A stretch of 64,000 bases of DNA from an uncultured Solirubrobacterales bacterium (GCA_963792735.1 CAWBXK010000008.1:14306-78305); one strand, 5' to 3'. Shown: positions 49,751 through 58,771, counted from the first letter of the stretch. Made by a program: numbers and translations. Notes: generated from the sequence alone by a model not told the origin.

Positions 49751-51516
49751 TCGCGGCGCTCACGGGCGTGGGTGTCCCTCACGCGCTGCGTGATTACGCA
49801 CTGCTCGCCGACGGCGAGCGCGGCGTCCTGGTCGGTCCGCGCGGCGACTACGCCTGGATGTGCTTCCCCCGCTGGGACTCGGCGGCGTGCTTCGCGACCC
49901 TGATCGGCGGCCAGGGCGTCTACGCGGTGACCCCCGACGCCCGCTTCGTGTGGGGAGGCTACTACGAGCACGGCCTGATCTGGCGCAGCCGGTGGGTCAC
50001 CGACGACGGCGGCCTGATCGAGTGCCGCGAGGCCCTGGCGCTACCCGCGCGGCCCGACCGGGTGGTGGTGCTGCGCCAGCTCCTCGCGCGCACCGGACCC
50101 GCGCGCGTGAACGTGGTCCTCGACCTGCGGGCGGACTTCGGCGCTCAGCGGGCCCGCCGCCTCACGCGTGCCGACGACGGAAGCTGGAGCGCGCAGGTGG
50201 GGGAGTCTCACGTGCAGTGGACGGGGGCGGGCACGGCCAAGCCCCGCGCCGACGGTCACGGGGGCGAGCCCCTGGTGATGGCGCTCGAGCTCGCGGAAGG
50301 CGCCGTCCACGACCTGGTCCTGGTCATCGACTCTCGGCCCGACGGCGAGCCGGCGCCCGAGCCGGCGCGCGCCTGGTCGGGCACCGAAGCGGCGTGGCGC
50401 GAGCGCCTGCCCGAGCTGCAGTGCCCGGTGGCGGCCCGCGATGCGCGTCACTCCTACGCGGTGCTGCAGGGACTGACCAGCGCCGGCGGCGGGATGGTGG
50501 CGGCGGCCACGATGTCGCTGCCCGAGCGCGCCCGCCAGGGACGCAATTACGACTACCGCTACGTGTGGATCCGGGATCAGTGCCTGACCGGCCAGGCCGT
50601 GGCCAAGGCCGGTCCGTTCCCCCTGCTGGACGATGCCGTGGGGTTCGTGCGCGATCGCCTGCTGGCGGACGGGCCGAACATGGTGCCCGCCTACACGGTC
50701 ACCGGCGGCCCCGTGCCCGACCAGCGCAGCCTCGGCCTGCCGGGCTACCCGGGCGGGACCGACGTGGTCGGAAACTGGGTCAACCATCAGTTCCAGCTCG
50801 ACGCCTTCGGCGAGTCGCTGCTGCTGTTCGCCGCCGCGGCGGGCCATGACCACCTCGACGCCGACGGCTGGCGTGCGGTGGAAATCGCGGTCGACGCGAT
50901 CGAGCGGCGCTGGCGCGAGGCCGACGCCGGCATCTGGGAGCTCGAGCCCGACCACTGGACCCACAGCCGGCTGATCTGCGCCGCCGGGCTGCGCGCGATC
51001 GCCGCCCATCAGTCCTCGGAGCGGGCCGCCCGCTGGGTGGCCCTGGGCGACGCGATCGTCGCTAGGACCGGCGCCGAGGCGGTTCACCCCGAGGGGCGCT
51101 GGCAGCGCTCCCCGACCGACACGCGGATCGACGCGGCCCTGCTGCTGCCGGCGATCCGGGGCGCGATCCCGGCAGCCGACCCCCGCTCCGTGGCCACGCT
51201 GGAGGCGGTCGAGCGCGAGCTGACCGTGGACGGCTACTGCTTCCGCTACCGCCCCGACGAGCGCCCCCTGGGCGAGTCCGAGGGCGCGTTCCTGCTGTGC
51301 GGCTTCTTGCTCTCGCTGGCCTGGGCCCAGCAGGGCGACGCAGTCCGGGCGGCGCGCTGGTTCGAGCGCAACCGGGCCGCCTGCGGCCCCCCGGGGCTCG
51401 TCTCGGAGGAGTTCGACGTCGCCGAGCGCCAGCTGCGCGGGAACCTGCCGCAGGCGTTCGTGCACGCCGTGCTGCTCCAGTGCGCCGTGACCCAGGATGA
51501 GGCCAGGACGCAGTGA
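49747..51516 (+). CDS. GH15 glycoside hydrolase (cytoplasmic, trehalase/glucoamylase-like)
   Basis: ATGA overlap with SDR; DYALLADGERG, NYDYRYVWIRD, QLDAFGE, DAGIWE, EGAFLLCGF, GNLPQAFVH. Confidence 0.92.
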   Translation: MIAALTGVGVPHALRDYALLADGERGVLVGPRGDYAWMCFPRWDSAACFATLIGGQGVYAVTPDARFVWGGYYEHGLIWRSRWVTDDGGLIECREALALPARPDRVVVLRQLLARTGPARVNVVLDLRADFGAQRARRLTRADDGSWSAQVGESHVQWTGAGTAKPRADGHGGEPLVMALELAEGAVHDLVLVIDSRPDGEPAPEPARAWSGTEAAWRERLPELQCPVAARDARHSYAVLQGLTSAGGGMVAAATMSLPERARQGRNYDYRYVWIRDQCLTGQAVAKAGPFPLLDDAVGFVRDRLLADGPNMVPAYTVTGGPVPDQRSLGLPGYPGGTDVVGNWVNHQFQLDAFGESLLLFAAAAGHDHLDADGWRAVEIAVDAIERRWREADAGIWELEPDHWTHSRLICAAGLRAIAAHQSSERAARWVALGDAIVARTGAEAVHPEGRWQRSPTDTRIDAALLLPAIRGAIPAADPRSVATLEAVERELTVDGYCFRYRPDERPLGESEGAFLLCGFLLSLAWAQQGDAVRAARWFERNRAACGPPGLVSEEFDVAERQLRGNLPQAFVHAVLLQCAVTQDEARTQ

Positions 51517-51866
51517 GTCAGATTCTCACCGCCGTTCGGGCCGTCTACGGTGCGGTCCTGCTGCTGGGCTCCGAGCATCTCCTCAGCCGCCTGTCCGGCG
51601 CGCCGGTCGACTCCCGCGCCCGTACCGTGGCGCGGGTGCTGGGGGCGCGGGAGCTGCTCCAGGCCGAGCTGACATGCCGGTATCCCACCCGCGCCGTGCG
51701 GCGCCTCGGGGTCGGGGTCGACTCAGTTCACGCTGCCTCGATGGTGGCGCTGGCCGTGCTCGATCCGGCCCGGCGGAGACTGGCGACGCACAACGCCGTC
51801 AGCGCGGCGGCGCTGGCGCTGGCTGGAGCCGCCGCCGTCTACTTCGCCCCGGCTTCGCGCTCTTGA
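51513..51866 (+). CDS. Small membrane protein
   Basis: GTGA overlap with GH15; ARVLGARELLQA, GVDSVHAASM. Confidence 0.7.
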   Translation: MSQILTAVRAVYGAVLLLGSEHLLSRLSGAPVDSRARTVARVLGARELLQAELTCRYPTRAVRRLGVGVDSVHAASMVALAVLDPARRRLATHNAVSAAALALAGAAAVYFAPASRS

Positions 51867-52234
51867 TCTCGCGCCCGCCGGAGCATGAACGCGCCGATCG
51901 AGCCGGCCATCGTCCCGACGACCGTGATCGCGTAGGCCTCCATGCCGATGTCGAGGATCCGCCCGGGCGCCGAGGTCGGGTTCTGGATCTGCGAGGACAC
52001 CGTGAGCAGCTGCGTCGAGGTCCAGAACAGGGCGCTGCCGTAGGACTTCAGCTGCGTCATCGGCTGGCCGTGCTCGAACCAGAACGACAGCGCGGCGCAG
52101 ATCAGGTCGACGGCGACGCTGACGATCAGCAGCCCCATGATCCGGTCGCGCAGCTCACCGTGGGTGGGCGTCTCGGCCCGGACGATGCGGCGAAGCTCGC
52201 CGGCGGCCCGGCGCACGAGACCTATGGCGTACAC
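51839..52234 (-). CDS. Two-TM ion-channel-like protein (KcsA/Ion_trans_2 topology) with non-canonical filter
   Basis: TM1, SYGSALFWTSTQLLTVSSQIQNPTSAPGRIL, TM2; start uncertain. Confidence 0.65.
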   Translation of the reverse strand: MYAIGLVRRAAGELRRIVRAETPTHGELRDRIMGLLIVSVAVDLICAALSFWFEHGQPMTQLKSYGSALFWTSTQLLTVSSQIQNPTSAPGRILDIGMEAYAITVVGTMAGSIGAFMLRRARDQEREAGAK

Positions 52235-52473
52235 CGCTCTGTATTCGGGGCGAACCCGGCCCGTCCTGTGCGCGGCGCTCGGGCACCCCGGGAACGGACG
52301 TGATGAGTCTGAGTGACCGCATGCGCCGCTCAGTCTCATCACGCCCGGATTCCGGCCGGTCCGGAGCGATTCCGACTCGAGTTGTGTGACGTCGGTCACG
52401 GTTGCGCGCTTTAGGCGGACCCGACCCCGACGAACGGGGTACATATGAATACCAACCCCCAAAGGAGCAATTG

Positions 52474-52983
52474 ATGCCTGAAGACAATCAGGGCGAACGC
52501 ACCGCCGGCGGCGTGGTCGGCCGCGCGGTCGGCAAAGCCAAGGAGGCGCTCGGCAGCGTCATCGACAATGACGAGCTGGCCCGCGAGGGGCGCCTGCAGC
52601 AGGCCCAGTCCGAAACCGAGCTCGAAGCCCGCCGCGAGGCCCAGGAGGCAAAGGCGCAGGAGCAGCGAGCCGAGGTCCGCGAACGCCAGGTGGAGGTCGA
52701 GACCGAGCGCGAGCGGCTCCAGAATGAGGTGGCCGCCAACCAGCGCGAGGAACGGATCGAGCAGGACCGGCGCGAGGCCGAACAGCGTGCCGCGGCGCAA
52801 GCCGCACAGGAGCGCGCGGCCGCGCAATCCCAGCTACAGGCCGAGCAGGACAACGCGGAGCGCTCCGTGCAGGCGGCCGAGCGCCAGCGCGTGGCCACGA
52901 CGGAGGAGGCGAACCGGCTCGAGCGTGAGGCCAGTGCCGCCGAGCGCCGCGCCGAGCACCTGGATCCCAAGGAGGAGTCATGA
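52474..52983 (+). CDS. CsbD-like stress protein with Glu/Gln/Arg-rich coiled-coil tail
   Basis: AAGGAG RBS; GKAKEALGSVIDNDELAREGRLQQ. Confidence 0.75.
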   Translation: MPEDNQGERTAGGVVGRAVGKAKEALGSVIDNDELAREGRLQQAQSETELEARREAQEAKAQEQRAEVRERQVEVETERERLQNEVAANQREERIEQDRREAEQRAAAQAAQERAAAQSQLQAEQDNAERSVQAAERQRVATTEEANRLEREASAAERRAEHLDPKEES

Positions 52984-53615
52984 AGACGCGTGACATCGCC
53001 ACTGCCACGATCGACGGCTATCTGAAGCTGGTGCGGCGCCCGGCCGACTTCGCTGTCAGCCTGCTGCCGGGCCGCCGAACCGGGCCCGGCGCCACGGCCA
53101 AGGTGACCCTGGACCGTGTTGACGCAACCGTGCGGGCAGTCGTCGGCACGGCACTGCGCAACGAGGGTCTCAAGCAGGACGCTCAGCGCCGCCGCGCGGC
53201 CGCGTCCGAACGCGAGCAGGCGGCCGATCTGCGCCGCCAAGCCGAGGCGCAGGCCGAGCACGCCGAAGCTCGCGTCGAGTCCCGCCACCAGGAGGCCGCC
53301 GGGCGGCGCGAGCGCGCGAGCGCCAAGGCCAACGCGCGGCGCACGGATGCCACCCAGAAGCAGCGCAGCCGGAGCCGCCGTGCGCAGGAGAGCGAGCGCG
53401 AGCGAGTTCAAGCCAGCCGCAAGCAGGAGGATCGGACGGCCGAGCAGATCGAGGCCGAGGCCGCCGAAGCCCGCCTGCCGGCCATGGCGGAGGAGGCGCG
53501 GGCGCTCGAGGAGCGTGAGGCCGCGCTTGATCGCAGCGACGAGGCCCAGCGCTTGGGCGACGCCGCGGCTCGCGTCAAGGAGGAGCGCAAGTCAGAGCCG
53601 GGCGCCCCGGTCTGA
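52980..53615 (+). CDS. Ala/Arg/Glu-rich coiled-coil protein
   Basis: ATGA overlap; low-complexity charged helix-forming sequence. Confidence 0.7.
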   Translation: MKTRDIATATIDGYLKLVRRPADFAVSLLPGRRTGPGATAKVTLDRVDATVRAVVGTALRNEGLKQDAQRRRAAASEREQAADLRRQAEAQAEHAEARVESRHQEAAGRRERASAKANARRTDATQKQRSRSRRAQESERERVQASRKQEDRTAEQIEAEAAEARLPAMAEEARALEEREAALDRSDEAQRLGDAAARVKEERKSEPGAPV

Positions 53616-53622
53616 CCCGGAG

Positions 53623-53653
53623 GGGCTCCCTACCCGGCCCGGGTGGGGAGCCC
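53623..53653. terminator. Hairpin between convergent operons
   Basis: GGGCTCCCTACCCG-GCC-CGGGTGGGGAGCCC: 14-bp stem with one G-U pair, covering the gpgS stop. Confidence 0.6.
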
Positions 53654-55279
53654 GTCCTGCCGGCGGCCCTCCAGGTCGGCGAGCGGGGGACGCTCGAGCA
53701 CCGGAACCGCCGCCACCGCGCCGTCGTCCCAGGGCCGCACATAGGTGCCGCCGATCGGGCTGCGCCCGCCACCGAGCCGCCGCTCCACCGCCGCCAGCAC
53801 GGCGTAGGCCATCTCTCCGAGCAACCGCAGCGGCTGATGGCGATTCTGGCGGCTGCCGAGATGGCACTCCGCCAGCGCGTCGAGTCCGTAGAGGCGGAGG
53901 GCGTCGATCAGCACCGCGATCTCCACGCCGTAGCCGACCGGGAACGGAATCGCCTCCAACAGCTCTCGCCGACCGGCGAACTCGCCCGCCAGCGGCTGCG
54001 CGAAGCCGGCCAGCCGCGGCTCGTGCAGGTTCAGCAGCGGCCGGGCCATGAGCTCGGTCACCCGGCCTCCCTCGTGAGCCAGCTGCTCGGCGCCGGCCTG
54101 CAGCGGCCGGTCGAAGGCCCCCTTGACGAGGACCAGGGAGTCGTCGGTCAGCATCGGGCCGAGCAGGCCCTGAAGGTGGCTCGGCTGAGGATTTCGCGTG
54201 TCGCCGTCCAGGAAGCACACCACGTCGCCTCCGGTGGCTCGCAGCGAGCGCCACATCGCGTCGCCCTTGCCCAGGGCCGGGCCGCGGTCGGTCAGCAGCT
54301 GATCCTGCTGCAGGACCCGGGCCCCCGCGGCGGCGGCGATCGCGGCCGTCCCGTCCTGAGAGCCGGCGTCGACCACGACGAGCTCGTCGACCAGTCCCAG
54401 CTCGGCCAGCGGCGCGACGGTCTGGCGCAGCACCGACGCGATCGTGTCAGCGCAGTCCTTGGTCGGGATGATCACCGTCACCGACGTCGCGCCTTTGCGC
54501 GCGGCGAGCATCTCGGGTGCGAAGTCGCCGGCGCGGTAGCGCCGCCGCTCGGTCCACACGGAGACGTCGAGGTCCACGGACAGGCCGCGGGCCACGCGTC
54601 CGTCCGAGCGTGCCGAGGTTCGCACGCGGACGTCGGACGGGCGCAGAATGGGGATGCGATGGTCCTCGAGGCGGGCCGCGAACGCTGCGTCCTCGAGCAC
54701 GGGGACCGCCTCCAGGCCTCCGACGGCTCGGTACACGGCGGCCGTCACCCCGAGCGAGGCACCCGCGAAGTGATGGTGGCGCGCGTCGGGGTCCACCGCG
54801 CGAACCCGTTGCAGCCGTGCCGCGGCATCTCGCTCGCGTCGCGCCAGCACGCCGTCGGGCAGCTCGGCGAGCTCAGTCGGATCGAGCTCGATCAGGCCGG
54901 CGATGGCACTCGCCCCCAGTTGCACGTGCGCTCGCTGGCGCTCGAGCCAGTCGGCGGCCGGACAGGAGTCCGCGTCAGTACACGCGATCAGCCCGTCGGG
55001 CCGGCCCAGGGCCAGCAGCCGGGCCGCGGCGGCGTCCATCCCAGCTCGTCTCGCCGCGCCGGGACCGAGCCCGGGTCCAGGCAGCGTGCTCAGCGCGAGG
55101 CCGAGTTCGCCGGCGACCGAGTTCACCACCGCCCCGGTGTCGTCCCGGCAGTCGTCGAGCACCACGATCGTCTCGAACGTCTCGGCGGATACGGTCTGGT
55201 TGGCCAGCGCGCGCAGGCACGCTGCGATCCGCCGCGCCTCGTCGCGCGCCGGCACCACGACGATGCAGCTCAGTTCCAT
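53630..55279 (-). CDS. gpgS: GT2 glycosyltransferase fused to glucosyl-3-phosphoglycerate synthase
   Basis: N-domain VVVPARDEA...LIACTDADS...EDAAF...TSAR; C-domain GKGDAMWRSL, FLDGD, GGRVTELMARPLL, QPLAGE, GYGVEI, RQNRHQ. Confidence 0.88.
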   Translation of the reverse strand: MELSCIVVVPARDEARRIAACLRALANQTVSAETFETIVVLDDCRDDTGAVVNSVAGELGLALSTLPGPGLGPGAARRAGMDAAAARLLALGRPDGLIACTDADSCPAADWLERQRAHVQLGASAIAGLIELDPTELAELPDGVLARRERDAAARLQRVRAVDPDARHHHFAGASLGVTAAVYRAVGGLEAVPVLEDAAFAARLEDHRIPILRPSDVRVRTSARSDGRVARGLSVDLDVSVWTERRRYRAGDFAPEMLAARKGATSVTVIIPTKDCADTIASVLRQTVAPLAELGLVDELVVVDAGSQDGTAAIAAAAGARVLQQDQLLTDRGPALGKGDAMWRSLRATGGDVVCFLDGDTRNPQPSHLQGLLGPMLTDDSLVLVKGAFDRPLQAGAEQLAHEGGRVTELMARPLLNLHEPRLAGFAQPLAGEFAGRRELLEAIPFPVGYGVEIAVLIDALRLYGLDALAECHLGSRQNRHQPLRLLGEMAYAVLAAVERRLGGGRSPIGGTYVRPWDDGAVAAVPVLERPPLADLEGRRQDGLPTRAG

Positions 55280-56442
55280 GCGGCCCCCTCCTCGATCAGC
55301 GAGCGCCCCTGCTCGTAGGCGTCGTCGCGGTCGTGCGCCAGGACGCCCACCACCCGGCCCTCCCGGCCGTACCAGACGGCGAAGGCGCCTTCCGGCCCCC
55401 GCTCGAACCGGGACACGTCGTAGCCGTCACCCCAGGCGGCGTACTTCAGCGTGCGCGTCGCGATCGTCGACCAGAACCCGGGAACGTCGCCCCAGGGTTC
55501 GGGCCGGGCCGCCGCCGTGCGACCGGCCACAGCGCCCTGGCCGAGCGCGTCACCCCAGTGCTCGACCCGTAACCGGCGACCGGCGGTGGCGTTCTCGGCC
55601 GAGCAGACATCGCCGGCGGCGAGCACGTACGGCAGGCTGGTGCGCATCGCGGCGTCGGCGGCGACGCCGCCCCCGTCGATGACGTGCGCGCCCGCGGCCA
55701 CGGCGAGCTCGAGTCGCGGGGCGACTCCGGTGGCCATGATCACGATCGTGCCGGAGGTCCGGGCGCCTGCGGCCACTACATCGAGCCCGGTCTCGGTGCG
55801 CTCGATCGCCTCCACCGCTTCCCCCAGCCCCAGCTCGACGCCCTCCTGGCGCAGCCAGCCCAGAATCTCCGCGCCCGCCTCCTCGCCGAGACGGCCGACG
55901 TTGGGCGCAGGCTCGTCGGATACGAGCGCCACCGGATGACCGCGCCGCCGTAGCGAGGCAGCGATCTCGCAGCCGATGAAGCCCGAGCCGATCACGACCG
56001 CCCGCGCCCCCGGCGCCAGGCGGTGCTGCAACTCGCGCAGATGATCGAGCGACCGCAGGACCACGACGCCGGGATCATCGGCGCCCGGCACGGGGATGCG
56101 CTTGGGCTCGGCCCCGGTGGCGAGCACGCAGTGTCGGTATTCGAGCTCACGGCCGCCCGAGAGGGTCACCGTGCGCGCGTGCGGATCGAGGTGGGCGGCC
56201 CGGCCCGAGACCAGGGCCACGTGATTGCCGCAGAACCAGCGCTCATCCTCGAGCGGCAGCTCCTCCTCGGCCATCTCCCCGCGCAGCAGCTCCTTGGTCA
56301 GGGGCGGTCGGTTGTACGGCATGCGGTGCTCGTCGGCGATGATCGCCACCGCCCCAGCACCGCCGGCATCGCGATAGGCCCGCACCGCCGAGAGCCCGGC
56401 CGGCCCCCCGCCGATCGCCAGCAGCCCGAACGCCGCGCTCAC
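55270..56442 (-). CDS. FAD-dependent NAD(P)H oxidoreductase (ferredoxin reductase-like)
   Basis: IGGGPAG, PYNRPPLTK, LATGAEP, IGSGFIGCE, AAGDV, RVEHW, FWS. Confidence 0.92.
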   Translation of the reverse strand: MSAAFGLLAIGGGPAGLSAVRAYRDAGGAGAVAIIADEHRMPYNRPPLTKELLRGEMAEEELPLEDERWFCGNHVALVSGRAAHLDPHARTVTLSGGRELEYRHCVLATGAEPKRIPVPGADDPGVVVLRSLDHLRELQHRLAPGARAVVIGSGFIGCEIAASLRRRGHPVALVSDEPAPNVGRLGEEAGAEILGWLRQEGVELGLGEAVEAIERTETGLDVVAAGARTSGTIVIMATGVAPRLELAVAAGAHVIDGGGVAADAAMRTSLPYVLAAGDVCSAENATAGRRLRVEHWGDALGQGAVAGRTAAARPEPWGDVPGFWSTIATRTLKYAAWGDGYDVSRFERGPEGAFAVWYGREGRVVGVLAHDRDDAYEQGRSLIEEGAAWN

Positions 56443-57008
56443 GAACGCTCCAGCACATCGAGCTCGTAATCAGTCGTGCCGGCCGAGGCGACCGGCGCCA
56501 ACCAGGACTGGTCGCGCAGCTGCTGGTGCACCTGCTGGGCGCTGAACGGCCGCTCCGGGCCGGGCGGGCGCCAGTGCACCGCGACCAGCCGGCCGCCGCG
56601 GGTCAGCAGCTCCCCCAGCACCGCGAGGGTTGAGCCGAGCTCGGCGGGGGGGAGGTAGTAGAGGATCTCGGAGGCGACGACCAGGTCGTAGGGCCGGCGC
56701 GGGATCGCGTCCGGAATCCGGCCCAGGATCGCCGTGACGTTGTGCCGGCCTGACAACCGCTCCCGCGCCACCGTCACCGCGGTGGGGGCGGCGTCGACGG
56801 TGACCAGCGAATCGCAGCGGGGCGCCAGCAGCTCGCTGAACACGCCGATCGAGCTCCCCAGCTCCAGCGCGCTCGCGAACCGACCGGGGCCGCAGGCGTC
56901 CAGCGTGGCCTCGTACTTCTCACGCTCGTAGGCACGGCTGTTGTAGCCCCAGGGGTCGGGATCGGTCTGATAGCGGGCTTCGAAGTCGGCGGGGGACATG
57001 TGGGCCAT
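56439..57008 (-). CDS. NodS-like SAM-dependent methyltransferase
   Basis: FEARYQTDPDPW...YEREKY, LELGSSIG, DLVVASEILYYL, LVAVHWR. Confidence 0.88.
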   Translation of the reverse strand: MAHMSPADFEARYQTDPDPWGYNSRAYEREKYEATLDACGPGRFASALELGSSIGVFSELLAPRCDSLVTVDAAPTAVTVARERLSGRHNVTAILGRIPDAIPRRPYDLVVASEILYYLPPAELGSTLAVLGELLTRGGRLVAVHWRPPGPERPFSAQQVHQQLRDQSWLAPVASAGTTDYELDVLERS

Positions 57009-57009
57009 C

Positions 57010-58118
57010 TCAGACACCGTCGACCGTCGCGGCGTCCGCGATGGCGGCTTCGCCCGCCCGCGCGAGCAGCGGATCGAGCCGATGCTGAAGCAGGAACACC
57101 TGCAGGTCGCGACGCGAGCGATCAAGCGCATCGGCGCGCACGAACGGCCGCGATCCGCACGCTCGCGCGGCCTCGTCCAGGAGCAACCGGCAGGCGTCGG
57201 AGATCGCCGCTCGCGCGTGCAGACCGACCGCGGCCAGATCCGGGCCGGAGAGGTCCATCGCCGAGGCCGCCGCGTCGATCCAGACCGAAATGGTCCGCTG
57301 GGCGGTGAGCATGCGGCCCGCGGCCACGGCCTCGAGCTGGCTGCTCGCCGGCCGCGCCGCCAGCCCGGCCAGCGCCGCCCGCACGGCGGTATCGGCCATG
57401 CCGGCCCAGGACGCCGCGGTACGCAGCGCGTCGCGGGCGAACCAGGGCGGCTCGGAAATGCTTCCGGGTCCTCCGAGCTGGGCCATCACCGGCGCGTCGT
57501 CGAACACCACGCGGTGTGACACCGACGCCCGCAGGCCGTGGGAGAGATACCAGGACTCGTCGATCTCGATCCGCGCGTGGTCGGTCATGTCGATCCACAC
57601 CAGAAGCGGTGGCCCGCCGTGTTCGGCGCGGGCCAGCACGAGGGCGCGGTGCAGCCCACCCGCGCCGGAGCAGAACGTCTTCACACCGCGCAGGACCCGC
57701 GCCCCACCCCGCTCGAGCACCATCGCGGGGGCTCCTTCCCCGGCACGGGGTCACCGCCCCACACGCCTGCGCGCAGCTCGCCGGACGCCACGGCGGCCAG
57801 CTCGCGCTCACGCAGGCCCGGCGGTCCCTGCACGGCGATCCGCTCGACCGCGTTGAGATGCCCGTCGAAGATCCGCCCGACCGAGCCGTCGGCCGCCGCC
57901 ACCCGCCGGACCAGCCCGAGCTCGTCGGCGGCGGGCGGTCGCTGCGGCCCGAGCCCGGCGTTGAACGCCAGCGCGCCGGCCCGCTCGAGGCGGGCGATCG
58001 CCGCCTCGGGAAAGGCAGGGTGGGGCTCGGCGTCGAGCTTCCCCGCCTCGGTGGCGATCAGTTCAAGCGCCTGCTCGAGCTCCGCCGCGGCCTCGGCGCG
58101 GGCCAGCAGCGCGGTCAC
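57010..58118 (-). pseudogene. Acyl-CoA dehydrogenase-like protein split by a 1-nt frameshift
   Basis: N-part (DGSVGRIFDGHLNA, GVWGGDP) and C-part (GVKTFCSGAG, LRASVS, RDLQVFLLQHR). Adding one base to the C4 run at 57738-57741 gives DPVPGEGAPAMVL and about 369 aa. May be a sequencing indel. Confidence 0.75.
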
Positions 58119-58687
58119 CGCAGGGCCCTCAGCGCGAGACCGTGGCGGCGGGCGTGATCGATCGCCAGCTCGGCGTAGGCCAGCGTTGCCGTGGCGTCCT
58201 GCCGCCGTGATCCAGGGCCGATCCCGTCGTGGGCGAGCACGATCGCTCCGGCCGTCAACGCGTCACGCGTGGCGGCGAACATCTCGGGTGCCGCGTCGCC
58301 GCGCCAGTCGTGCGTGTCCACGCTCCAGCCGACCAGGCGCAGGCCGTGATCGGCGGCGATCCGTGGCGTCCACGACGCGGTGTCACCCCACGGCGTGCGC
58401 CACAGCGACGGCTTGACGCCGAGCCGGCGCAGGCGGGTGAGGGCGCGCCCGGTGTCGATCCGACACCACTCCGCGTCCTGGGCGGAGTGGCGCACGTGAC
58501 GATCGCAGTGCAGGCCGACCGTGTGGCCCTCGGCCAGCATCCGCTCGATCAGCGCCGGATGTTCGGCGGCCCGGGGAGCGATCGGAAAGAACGTCGCCTC
58601 GGCTCCGCTGCGGGCGAGCAGGTCGAGCAGCGGCGGCGTGTAACGGCCGTCCGGCCCATCGTCGAATGTCAGCGCGAGCGCCTGCAC
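58115..58687 (-). CDS. Polysaccharide deacetylase (NodB/CE4)
   Basis: ALTFDDGP, GLHCDRH, RTPWG, VGWSVDTHDW, IVLAHD. Confidence 0.92.
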   Translation of the reverse strand: MQALALTFDDGPDGRYTPPLLDLLARSGAEATFFPIAPRAAEHPALIERMLAEGHTVGLHCDRHVRHSAQDAEWCRIDTGRALTRLRRLGVKPSLWRTPWGDTASWTPRIAADHGLRLVGWSVDTHDWRGDAAPEMFAATRDALTAGAIVLAHDGIGPGSRRQDATATLAYAELAIDHARRHGLALRALR

Positions 58688-58697
58688 TTAGAACATC

Positions 58698-58721
58698 TAC
58701 CCGCGGGAGGAGCTTCATCAC
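58698..58721 (-). promoter_or_regulatory. SigB/SigF-type promoter candidate
   Basis: GTGA-N15-GGGTA, 10 nt before GTG 58687. Confidence 0.5.
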
Positions 58722-58745
58722 TCGGGAGGCATCGATGCTACGCGG

Positions 58746-58771
58746 GTTAGACGGTGGGGCGTTTGGGGGTA
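58746..58771 (+). promoter_or_regulatory. SigB/SigF-type promoter candidate
   Basis: GTTA-N17-GGGTA, 10 nt before ATG 58782. Confidence 0.55.

Noticed and set aside
52416-52441. Full SigB-type promoter before the CsbD-like gene
   Set aside because: GGGTA is present, but no acceptable -35 lies at 15-17 nt, so it is mentioned only as a -10 match.
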